Shown: one piece after another, positions 24,379 through 35,248 of the stretch
Layout of the letters: the number at the start of each line of letters is the position of its first letter
Numbering within the stretch: the first letter of the stretch is position 1
Origin: Octopus sinensis
Taxonomy: Eukaryota
Reading direction: 5' to 3'
Length of the DNA: 64,000 nucleotides
Assembly: GCF_006345805.1 (NCBI RefSeq)
Contig: NC_042997.1
Location: 22,940,001-23,004,000 of the forward strand
Notes under the pieces: generated by a model
What the model was told of the DNA's origin: nothing
The model's input: only the letters and a program-made list of their open reading frames with translations
The model's database searches: none
Program-made: the position numbers and the translations under genes

Positions 24379-24478
24379 ATAAGCTCATAGATTTTCAAGA
24401 ATTTTTGACATCATCCTTTAATGTCCATTAAAGGATGATGATGATGATAAAAAAATTCCTGAAAATCCGTGAGTTTAT
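24379..24478. repeat. 100-nt hairpin with a perfect 15-bp apex
   Basis: CATCATCCTTTAATG-TC-CATTAAAGGATGATG (24409-24440) plus outer arms AAGCTCATAGATTTTCAAGAATTTTT / AAAAATTCCTGAAAATCCGTGAGTTT. Confidence 0.8.
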
Positions 24479-24941
24479 TATTGCTTTTTATATTTTCAAA
24501 TAATGGTTAACCTTCACATTCACTCCATAACAAGCATTTGTTTTCTGTATACAGAATCACCAATGTTATTCCAATTTTCTTAGAATCAAAATATTACAAT
24601 GTAAACAATAGCTAAGATTCATCCAAACACTAGAGTGTGAAATGAAAACATACGTATATAATATTAAAAATAAATAAATAGCTGAATATTGTAATGGTTC
24701 AATGATTAATGATAAAACATGTTCAAATTAAAAACTTGAGAAAAATAGTCTACAAGTTAATTCTACGATTAACTTCGTTAATTCATCAAAAGTTCTGATT
24801 AAATTGTTCTTGCCTTTGAGCAAGAGTAATTCATGTTATGAATTCCAATTTAGACATGTTAGTTCCTGTTTCAATTTTGAAACAATTGAGTATTTTATCT
24901 AGTCTTTTTCATTAGTCATTGTATTTTCAGTGCTAAAGTTA

Positions 24942-26146
24942 TGATGATCGAATGTAAAGTTCATAAACTGACCTAGATGCTCTCATGGAATGTGACCAAA
25001 TAAAGTTGATTTTTCAACATAGTCCCTCTTGCAGTCCCCACATGTCTTTCATTGGTGTTGCAGTGCTTGGATCCCATTGGTGAAGCTTTCATCCTGTTAA
25101 TTAAAAAAGTCATCAACAATAGATGTCATCATCACTGCAATACTGATTCCTAGCCAAGTGGAGGAACAGATGATAGTTAGATGGGGCCAAATCAGGAGAA
25201 TAGTGAGGTTGGTCAACCAGTTCAAAATCAGTCATGCATAACAGCCATTGAAAGCAAGGACTTGTGTGATGGAACATTGCCCTGATGAAGCAAGACCCCT
25301 TTCATCAGTTTCCCTGGGTATTTGGTCTTGATAGCCTATCGTAATTTCTTCAGGAAGTTGGCATAGTACTCTCTATTGAGTATCCCTTTTGAAGATAGTC
25401 AATAAACAATGCTTTTTGCATCCAAAAAAACTAAGGTTATCACCTTCCCTGCAGATGAAATGATCTTGGCCTTCTTTAGAGTAGGTGAGGAAGGGTGTTC
25501 CCATTGCATGAATTGTCTCTTTGTCTTTGGCTCAGAGTGATGAAGCCAACACTCATCCAGGGGCAGATCCAAGGAAACCAGCTGGATCTGCCTCAGATAG
25601 TATCAGATTTTTTCGTGATGTGATCAGCCTGGTGTGCTTTTGTTCATGTGTCAGAAGTTATGGCACCCACTGAGCAGAAACTTCATCATGCTAATAACAT
25701 TGGCTATTTGATTTATTGCCAATGCCTGTCATCCATCAACATGTGGTGAATATGATCAATGTTTTTCTTGGTGGTGACAGCTGCAGGATGTTCAGATCAT
25801 GGGTCATGTTCTGGACTCTCCCTTCCCCTCCTAAATTCAGCTGCTCATTTTTGCACTGTTGATAAAGTTGGAGCATTATCTAATGTAACAACCATGTCAG
25901 CATGAATATTCTTGGGAGCTGAAGTGTTTTTCTGCAGGTACTTCATAACAACATGATACCAAATTTTGTCCATTGGGAGAAATTTCTACTAATCACTTTT
26001 GAAGTCTTCTTTGAAAGTGAAATGTGAGTTCACCTGGAAATAAATAATGAAGTTATCAATAAAAGTTGAAATTAATGCATGCAAAATTTCACAGCTCTAG
26101 CATCACTTCTTCATAGTCAGCTTATGAACTTTTTAGCCTGCCTTCA
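24942..26146 (-). mobile_element. Full-length but dead Mariner transposon, family 1
   Basis: TIRs including the flanking TA match at 24 of 33 positions; ATG at 25973 (MDKIWYHVVMKYL); DECWLHH, HQGNVPSH and YSPDLAPSNYHLF motifs with stops and frameshifts. Confidence 0.92.
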
Positions 26147-26689
26147 TATTTCATGTTTTTTTTTTTACTATCTGTGAGTAATAATAGTGGTTGATAGTAC
26201 AATGAGTGGAGTGCTGCACAAAATACCTTTATATTATATCCCTTTATATTCTGACTTGAAATCCCTCTAGGTTTAACTTTGCTTTATCATTTAAGGTTAA
26301 TAAAATAAGGACCAGAAAATTACTGGAATTGAGTGTCTCTCCAGCAACATTGGTGTCCATTATATCATAAGTTGAATCAGGGTTTACACACCAAACCATA
26401 TGCACTATGATATTCAGTTTTGTCTCTTTAAGTTCTAATTTCAAATCCTGCTGTGTTTGACTTCTATCTCTCTAGTATGAGTAAAATTTGCTGTTAATGT
26501 ACTGTATTTGACTGAAGTGACAATATGCAAAATAATTGTTTTGTTTGTACTTAATTTAGAAAAAAACATAATTGGGGTTTTGTTAATAAGGAAATGACAT
26601 GCTTAGGAGTTCAGGACCGATTGCTTTACAGGTCTTTATAATCTTTGCAGAGTTGGTAATTTGAAGGAAGTAAAACAAAGCAGTGATCA

Positions 26690-27010
26690 GTTTCTTAGAT
26701 AATGGTTTCAAGTTCAGTCCTTCTGTGTGGCATCTTGGGCAAGAGTCATTTACTATAGCCCAGGGCCAACCAAAGCCTTATAAGTAGATTTTGTAGACAG
26801 AAACTGAAAGGTCATTGTGTGTGTGTGCATGCATTTTACTGTCTCCTTGCCATGACATCATCTGATAGTTGTAAGCCAGTGTCACTGTCTTGCAATCAGT
26901 GTCCTTCATTCCCAATCTTCTGAGACATGTCTGGTCAGGGAGGAAAAAATCTCATTCAAAATCTCTGTATGAGCTGAGAAAAGTGGACATTAAAACACTG
27001 ATGACGATGA
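26690..27010 (+). mobile_element. tRNA-headed SINE, type A (decayed)
   Basis: agttcagtcc...cttgggcaagagtc...gtagacagaaactgaaag; tail aagtggacattaaaac...gatga. Confidence 0.7.
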
Positions 27011-27346
27011 TATTGATGGTATCTGAAAAGAAAAATAAGTGAAGACTTAATCCTTTAGCATTTAAACCAGCCATATCCAGCTGAAATATTATTGTACCTG
27101 TTTTATGTTCAATCTGGCCAGATCTGGTTTCTCACACCAACCCTACAATATCATTCTGAAAAAATTAAGTTAACTCATCAGATTCTCATCGCTACAAAAC
27201 AGTACATGAATAAATAATTTATGAATTAATTTAAAACAGTATGATTATATAAGCATTACTTTTAATTGAATAATGTGAATGCTAAAGGATTAAAACATGC
27301 TTTTGGGTTCCTTATCATTATAATCATTGTACACTTTTATTTTTAG

Positions 27347-27433
27347 CTTCTATGGACCTACAAAAGAAATTTAACCAAAGATGATAGGTTTGAATCTGCT
27401 GGCAAAGAAGTGTGCCGTAAGGAATTGGAAATG
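27347..27433 (+). CDS. GLG1: GLG1 exon 3 (87 nt, LLWTYKRNLTKDDRFESAGKEVCRKELEM)
   Basis: ttttag|CTT...ATG|gtgagt; matches vertebrate LLWNYKLNLTTDPKFESVAREVC. Confidence 0.93.
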
Positions 27434-29105
27434 GTGAGTACCATTTGCATCATTGTGTGTACTTATAGAATATGCATATGCACTGTTTGTATTTTTAATT
27501 GTTTATCAATTTTTTTTATAATTAATAACTTTCAGTGTGTATTAAACGAAAATTATATTTTAAATTTTCTAGTAACTTTACATAGCACAGCATTGAAAAC
27601 TTAAACTCTTAATTTCATATAACTTCTATACATTACTTTGAAATGGTTGTATTGTAATTTCAGCTAATAATTTTTTTTCTTGGCCCATTTAAGAAACTAA
27701 CTTATACATACATTTGTTTCTAGTCTTAATTATCAACTTTCCTATGCTGGCTTGATTTTAATGCGTTTATTGTACATTAGTTGCCCCCAGTATTTCATTC
27801 TCTCTTTTGTCAGATTATTCTTACATCTAATTTCACCACTTCTTTTCAATCTTACTCATTCTTCTTGTTCTACATCTGTCTTCGTGCACAGATGAGCTAA
27901 GGTATATTGTATGCAAGAAGAAATCTGAAGATGTGCTTCAGTTAGATTCCTCATATGTAAAAATTTGATCTATTAAAATGTTGGGCTTCTGTCATAGTGG
28001 GCACACTGGCTGATGCTCTCACATAGGTTAGCATTACACATCTCAGGGATTGTTTTTACTAGTGAAGAATATAGCTAAATCACCTTGTTTTTTTGTTCTT
28101 GCATGCAACATACCTCTATTCATCTCTGTTCTAACATCTTGAATACCTTATCATTATTGACATTCATAGTAGTGAGCCTAAAATTAAGTACCTGTAAAGA
28201 AGAAAGTTGTCTCTGTTGGTGGTGAAATTTCTTATTGAAAATCAATGGGTGCACACACTTGACAACACTCCCTACTATATACACATCTAAGTCTCAGTTA
28301 CTGTTAACAGAGTTGCTGTTATTTATTCAATGTCCTGTTCTTAATTAATTAACTGTAATTTTGCACCCACTTTTATTTTCAACCACTAGCACAGTTGATT
28401 GGATGTACTTATGCTTCTGACACTAGAAGAGTTGGGCTGGATTGGTTATCTTCGCTGTAGTTTATGGTTCCACTGTTGTCATATGTAATGGGATAAAAAT
28501 TTCATTTTACAGCATTTCTTCAAAATGTCCAACTTCCTAGATGTATGGCTATCACTACTACTAAAGAAAACATTTTTGTCTTCTTGATAAGTGGACAGGG
28601 AGAAAGAAGGCAAGCAGTCAGATCAAGTGTCAGTTTCTCACGCAAAGATTATGAAAATGGACCAGGTTGCCTAGTGACAACAATGGCAGGCTGGTTGGGT
28701 GTGTACTGTAATGAAAGTTGTTACATTCATGGAATATCATGAAGTCTTCTAAATTCATAGGAAACACATTAATGATGTTTTAAAATTAGAATCAGTACAT
28801 GTTGGTTAAAGAGAACTGACTTCAGTAATTGAATCAAGATAAATCCTTTATGGTTGTTGATTTGTAAAAAGTGGACCTAAAGACTGAATAAGGTGTACTG
28901 CCTAGTCTGGGGAATTCAAAATAGATTAAGGATGGAATTGGTTCACAAGAGCAGTTTAGGTAATATGTGATAGAGCTGCAAGTACTCTGGTTGATATTAA
29001 TTATATTTTACCCAATTTTGTCATTTTTCCATCATTGTGAACATGTTAACATGTATGATACCTCATCATATATTTTTGCTTACATCCTTTGTGTTTTATT
29101 TTCAG

Positions 29106-29327
29106 GCGGTAGATTGCCAAAATTTCCGTCGTGGCTCGGGCCACTTGATTCCCTGCTTATTTGAACATATTGATAACATCACAGATAGCAGTTGTAAACA
29201 ATTTCTGCTGAAAATGGGAAGCATAATTTTTAGTGATTATCGTTTAGTTTCTAATTTTGTTGACAACTGCCAGCGAGATATCGATAAATTAAAATGTGGT
29301 CGAGTTCAACTTGAAGAAGAAGATGAT
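29106..29327 (+). CDS. GLG1: GLG1 exon 4 (222 nt, AVDCQNFRRGSGHLIPCL...IIFSDYRL...KCGRVQLEEEDD)
   Basis: tttcag|GCG...GAT|gtatgt; IIFSDYRL and LKCG motifs of GLG1. Confidence 0.93.
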
Positions 29328-29954
29328 GTATGTATATATTAAATTTATATATTTGTTCAAATGCCTACATAAAAATTGCATGCTTCTTAATATGTGTTAC
29401 GCATTTACAGAGAATATAAACCCTCACCAAATGCTTACTTATCAAATTATCCAGCAAACAAATTTCCAGTTGTAACAGAAGACAATCTCTGCATGTATAA
29501 CCATACATGCATGTTACACGCACTCACTCTCTCTATCACTGTTTTTGAACAATAGCTTTGTTGGTCTCACGTTTTTCATTTTCTTGTTGATGTTTATATT
29601 CTTTACTGATATGTATTAGTAGAAGATACACACATACACAACTGCCAGGTTTCCACACTCTTTCTGACTGTCAAATATTGCTCACAGGCTATTGGTCAAC
29701 TTCAACCAATGATTGAAGACACTTGCCCAAGATATTGTGAAGTGAAATCAAACCCAGAACCACATAGTTGCTAAATGAGCTACTTAACTACACAGCAATG
29801 TTTGAACATATCCATGCTTGCACATTCACTTCTGAATATTTGTAGCTAAGCTCATATCAATAGATACTTATACATTACATGGACACTATATTTATCCATG
29901 GCAGTGTTCCCAACTTTTTGTTTTCTTTTGCCAAATGTCCAAAACACTCACATA

Positions 29955-30365
29955 AGGTGCAGGTGTGACTGTGTGGTTAAGAAGCTTGCTTTGTCAACAC
30001 TTGATTTCAGGTTCAGTCCCACTACATGGGCAAGAGTCTTCCACTATAACCTCAGGTTGATCAAAGCTTTTTGAGTGGATTTGGCAGACAGAAAGTGAAA
30101 GAAACCCAACTTATATATGTGTAAGAGTTTGTATGTTTGTTTCTCTTTGTCTTGATAGTTGTATATTAGTGTCACTGTCATATAACTTGTGTAATTCATT
30201 TATAATATTCTGTGGGAACATGTCTGGCCTTGGGAAAATATGACCTTGCTTGGAAGCAGGTGAGGATGGTGATAGGAAGGGCAGCCAGCTGTAGAAAATA
30301 TGCATCAGTAAACTCTGTCCAACCCATGCATAGATGTTAAAACGATGGTGAGGATGATAATGATG
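29955..30365 (+). mobile_element. tRNA-headed SINE, type A, complete with RTE-derived tail
   Basis: gtgactgtgtggttaagaagcttgc head; aggaagggcagccagctgtagaaa...ccaacccatgc...gttaaaacgatg tail. Confidence 0.85.
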
Positions 30366-30714
30366 ATAGTACAGATAGTAGCAGTAATTAAATTTAAAAT
30401 CAATGTGTTGTTCACTGGTCTCCTTGGGAACCACTTGTTTATTGCACCATACTCTAGTGTCCAGTCACTACCCATGATGCCCCTATCACCTCCAACCAAA
30501 AACATTTATATATACCAGCAGTCTTTGGAAAGGCTCATTCTCCTGTGTTCTTTTGCCTCAATAACACTAACAAACATCTCTATACATGAAAAGAGAAATC
30601 TATTCTTTCTTGTTCGTTCACTCATAACTAATATAAAAAATGTCAATGGAATTGCACCTAGAAAGTTCCCATCCAATGCACAAGTCTGGGTAAAGTTGTT
30701 TATGGAAGATCAGC

Positions 30715-30910
30715 AGTCACCCATGCATACCAGCCTCCCCTCTCTTTGCCACTGACATTATCCAAGGGAAAGGCAAAAGCCGATGCAGTTTAGAACCAGT
30801 GACATCGCAACTCATTTCTACAGCTGAATGGACTGGAGCAACATGAAATAAAGTGTCTTGCTCAGTAACACAACACACAGCCTGCTCTAACCACTGAGCC
30901 ATGCACCTTC
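30715..30910 (-). mobile_element. tRNA-headed SINE, type D (Nin/Deu-domain-like core)
   Basis: Reverse complement GCATGGCTCAGTGGTTAG (A box)...GAGCAAGACACTTTATTTCATGTTGCTCCAGTCCATTCAGCTG. The superfamily name is from recollection and has not been verified. Confidence 0.7.
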
Positions 30911-31001
30911 ATGACTAATATAACATCTCCCTTTTCATTCCAATGATTGTTACTGAAAAATACAAAAGCTCAGCCCACCACACTTTAACATGTAGAAATA
31001 T

Positions 31002-31214
31002 TGGTTTCAAATTTCGGCGCAAGGCCAGCAATTTTGGGAGAAGGGGTAAGTTAATTGCATTGACCACAGTGCTCTCTTGGTACTTATTTTATCGACCCTT
31101 AAAGGATGAAAGGCAAAGTTGATCTTGGTGGCATTTGAGCTAGAACATTGTCAGAAGAAATGCCACCATGCATTTTTTCCAGAGCACTGATGATCCTACC
31201 AGCTCACCACCTTG
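31002..31214 (-). mobile_element. tRNA-headed SINE, type B, with 15-bp TSD
   Basis: TSD AACATGTAGAAATAT at 30987-31001 and 31215-31229; same core as 14987-15206. Confidence 0.9.
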
Positions 31215-31286
31215 AACATGTAGAAATATCAATACATATTTAGCACATATGCACCCACATAGTTAAACCTGAGCACTATTCATATT

Positions 31287-31597
31287 TTTTTTTTTTTATG
31301 TGCCCTTTTCAAGCCTAGCCAGGCTCATGGGCCCGGTTTCCCGGCTTCTATTGTGTATGTGTTCCCCCCAGCTCGACGGGACGCCAGTCCATCACAACGT
31401 TACTCAAGAAACAGGAAGAAAGAGTGAGAGAAAGTTGGAGCGAAAGAGTACAACAGGGGTCACCCACCTGTTGGAGCCTCGTCGAGCTTTTCGGTGTTTA
31501 CGCTCAATAAACACACACAACGCCCGTTCTGAGAATTGAAACCACAATCCTCCGATCACGAGTCCGCTGCCCTAACCACTGGGCCATTGCACCTTCA
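31287..31597 (-). mobile_element. tRNA-headed SINE, type C, with poly(A) tail and 13-bp TSD
   Basis: TSD CACTATTCATATT at 31274-31286 and 31598-31610; A box TGGCCCAGTGG, B-box-like GGTTTCAATTC; GATGGACTGGCGTCCCGTC core. Confidence 0.92.
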
Positions 31598-31924
31598 CAC
31601 TATTCATATTAAGAAAACGCTATTGTGACCCATTCTCTAAGTATGAATACACTCAATGAATGCTCTTATGGTCACTCCAAATGTTAAGCCTTGTGGATCT
31701 TTGCTGGCAAAAGCATATCCCTGGCATTATTAGGACCATTTCCTTGAGACTGCTTTTTCTCTTCAGGGCATGAATATATTTTAACTCCTCCCTACAGTTA
31801 TTAGCATTCTACAATGTTCAAATGAATCCCACAATGGAGTGTTGCTTCACTTGTCAGTTTCTATCCTTTGATATATACACACATACTCTAAAAATACAAT
31901 TTATATTACACACTGTTCTACCTT

Positions 31925-32333
31925 ACTGCACCAATTGATGTTTTCCTTGGTGGAGGCAGCTGCAAGATGTCCAGACCTTGGGTTATCTTCAAGACTCTCC
32001 TATCTTTACCAAATGTAGCTGCCCACTTTTGCACTGTTGATAAAGCTAGAGCATCATCCTGTAATGTAGTAACCATGCCAATATGAATGTCCTTGGTGGG
32101 GCTGAAACATTTTTCTGTGGGTACTTAATAACAGCATGATGCCAGATTTTGTCCATTTTCAAGAGAAGTTGCTTCTGGTTATTTTTGAAGTCTTCTTTGA
32201 ACAGTGAGATGTCAATTTACCGGGCAAGGAACAATGCAATTATTAACAAGAAAAGTTGAAATTATGCATGCAGATTTCACAGCTCTAGTATCACTCCTTC
32301 ACAATATGGTCTATGAAATTTTCAGTCCACTCA
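31925..32333 (-). mobile_element. Mariner family 1 5' fragment (TIR and transposase N-terminus)
   Basis: Reverse complement TA-TGAGTGGACTGAAAATTTCATAGACC TIR and MDKIWHH...; homologous to 25750-26146. Confidence 0.85.
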
Positions 32334-32599
32334 TATAGCCCTCACTTCCTTTGTCCCATTTTTTACAGTTTACATACACATGTATTTGGATTTCATACCT
32401 TTTGATTTAACTTTCCCTCTATAAGTGCTGTACTTGATATTCTGCTAGTGCTTACACACTGAAAAATGTCTTTTTTAATTGTACACTCTTGCATGCTCTT
32501 TAAATAATGCTTTTTGGTTCATTCTGTTTCTATAACCTTTCATCATCTGACACAAGATAATCCCCTCCAATCCCTCCTCCCTTCTCAAAGTATCTTTGT

Positions 32600-32915
32600 T
32601 TTGCAAGTTACTTGGTGACCCTGCCAGTGCTGGTGCCATGTAAAAAGCATTCAGTCCACACTGTTAAGTGGTTGGCATTTGGAAGGACATCCAGGTGTAA
32701 AAACCATGCCAAAACTGACCTCATCTGTGCTTGTGCCATGTAAAATGCACTCAGTCCACTCCGCAGGGTGGTTGGTGTTAGGAAGGGCATCCAGCCATAA
32801 AAACCTTACCAAAACAGACGAGGAGTCTGGTGCAGTCTTCTGCCTAGCCAGCTCCTGTCAAATCATCCAATCCATACCAGCATGGAAAGCCGACATTAAA
32901 AGATGATGATGATGA
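32600..32915 (+). mobile_element. RTE LINE 3' tail (older subfamily, internally duplicated)
   Basis: gtgctggtgccatgtaaaaagca modules; ends in gacattaaaagatgatgatgatg. Confidence 0.8.
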
Positions 32916-34029
32916 CATTAACAATCAAAGCAACTCATCACACTACACACAAACACACTTTTGTGCTATTCCTTGACATGTATTTGGATTACACATGCCC
33001 TCTCAGAAAATGTAATTCACATTGCACAAGCATTTCACCTTACAACACCACTGCACACTACACCCTTGGCATATATATATATATATGTACACATCCATAT
33101 ACACTTACTTATGCCTTTCTAACTCTATAAGACAGCTTTCTCGCTGGCTTATTGGTTTTCATCCTTCCCCACCTCATTCATCATCATCATTTAATGTCCA
33201 TCTTCCCTTCTGGTTTGAGTTGGCTAGTTCAATAGGATTTGATGACCCAAAGTACAGTGTTGATGCCCATCCTAAAATGATTCCTGATCTTTTTTCTTCA
33301 CACACAAATACATTCATATATGCACATACATGCTCATTACAAAGTCTTTCTCTCTCTCTCTCTCTCTTAGTCCATCTCTCTTTCACCTTTTAATCTTTCT
33401 TACTTTTTCCCTTCCTCCCTCTATTTTCTCTTTACCTTTTCTTACAGAAAAATTAATATCCAAAGCATCACACACATACTATTTTTGCTTTTCCTGCTAG
33501 CATTAAACTAATACCTTATTCATTATTTGTGGGATTTTTTCTGCACTTTTAACTGTTCTCATTGTTTTTTGACTGTGTGGTAAGAAGTTTGCTTCTCAAC
33601 CATATGGTTCTGGGTTCAATCCCACCGCATAGCATCTTGGGCAAATGTCTTCTATTGCTTCAGGCCAGCCAAAGCCTTGTGAGTGGATTTGGTTGATAGA
33701 AACTGAAAGAAACACTGTTGTATATACATGCATTATTTTGCATGTTACTTAGTAACCCTGCTGGTGTTGATACCATGTAAAAAAACTGCGAGTTGGTTGG
33801 CTTTTCATTTAATTTGGAAACTTGTTGATTACCTAAGTTCCACAGCACTGCCCAGACAAATATATCTAGCCTGTTAGGTTTACATTTTTTATGTGATTCT
33901 TGGATTTTCTTAATGTTCATTGTAGTGTGTTTATGAGGTATTTTATGGCTGTTTGTTGGTTCTTGATGTTAAAATGAACTACATTTAGAGTTTGCTAATC
34001 TATAAGTGCGTATAAAACATATGCAGTAA

Positions 34030-34470
34030 TGTACAAATGTCTGGGAAGTGAACAGTGTATGAGTCAGATACATGCTTGCGTGTGTATGGAGGGGAGAAAT
34101 CAGGTGTAGTGTTGGCAAATCTCAGGAAGCATGGAGGTTTTGAAAGATGCAGTGCTCTGACAACTAACAACTGATGCCGGCAGTTTGTTCCATGCTTCAG
34201 CAACTCTCAGCGTGAAAAAATGTTCCCAAAAGTCATGGGAGCTGTGCTGTTTTCTGACTTTGTAAATATGTCCACGTGTGTTAGACAGATGGAGTTTGAA
34301 AAGGTGCTCAGAGTTATTGTTTGTAAGATGGTTAATAATTTTATGGGTGTCTGCCAAGTCAGCTGCCAGACATCGGAGTTTCAATGTATCCATGCCCAGG
34401 CAAGTAAGGCGTTCAGAATATGGCAAATGCCTGATGGAGGGTATTCTCTTGGTTGCCAACTTATATTATC
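34030..34470 (-). mobile_element. CR1-type LINE ORF2 C-terminus and 3' UTR, 5'-truncated
   Basis: ORF 34100-34459 ATKRIP...YSERL..LG...TRGH...FFTLRVAEAWNKLPASVV. Confidence 0.92.
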
Positions 34471-34546
34471 TTAGGTGGTTAAAAAATGTCAAAGAAATCC
34501 AATGTAATATTTGAATGCTGTATGTGCCAGTCTTATGATTTTTAAA

Positions 34547-35248
34547 TCACAAACACCTTCAGGTAGATGGCCCTGCTCGATCTGTAGAAAAGGTGTAGGT
34601 AGAAACTCTAGAAGATGCACCAAGTGTAAGCTATGGACACATAAGAGATGCAGCAATGTCAAAGGAAGTCTAACTAGGAAGATAGTTTATGTATGTGGCA
34701 GATGCTCAGGAGCAATAAACACTGAAAATGCTCTGAGACCAACTTCTGCCACATTCCAGGGAGAAAAACTAGAAATAGTTGATAGCTTGGACAAGTGAGA
34801 CCATAACCCGTGGCCTCTACATGGGATTTAGCCAGTCCACTTATGCATACCTTTCCTTCTTGTGACACAAAACTCTACTTGTGAAGACCTGTTGAGGCAA
34901 GTGAAAATCAAAATCGATCAACATCAATGGAAATTGCAGCTGTGATACCAGTGCTGGTGGTTCGTTAAGAGAACCATCCGAACGTGGCTGTTTCCAGTGC
35001 CGCCCCGACTGGCCTCGTCTGGTGGCATGTAAAAAGCACCATCCGATTGTGGCCGTTGCCAGCCTCGCCTGGCACATAAAAAGCACCCACTACACTCTCG
35101 GAGTAGTTGGCGTTAGGAAGGGCATCCAGCTGTAGAAACATTGCCAGATCAGACTGGGCCTGGTGCAGCCTTCTGGCTTCCCAGACCCCAGTTGAACTGT
35201 CCAACCCATGCTAGCATGGAAAGCGGACGCTAAACGATGATGATGATT
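34547..35248 (+). mobile_element. Internally deleted RTE copy: PHD-finger segment fused to the 3' UTR
   Basis: WPCSICRKGVGRNSRRCTKCKLWTHKRC...CGRC, then IVDS joined at about 34788 directly to ggacaagtgagaccataa of the 3' end; (ATG)n tail. Confidence 0.9.

Noticed and set aside
31520-31597. tRNA-like A and B boxes (also other SINE heads)
   Set aside because: No complete cloverleaf or acceptor stem; they continue into SINE bodies with TSDs, so they are not tRNA genes.
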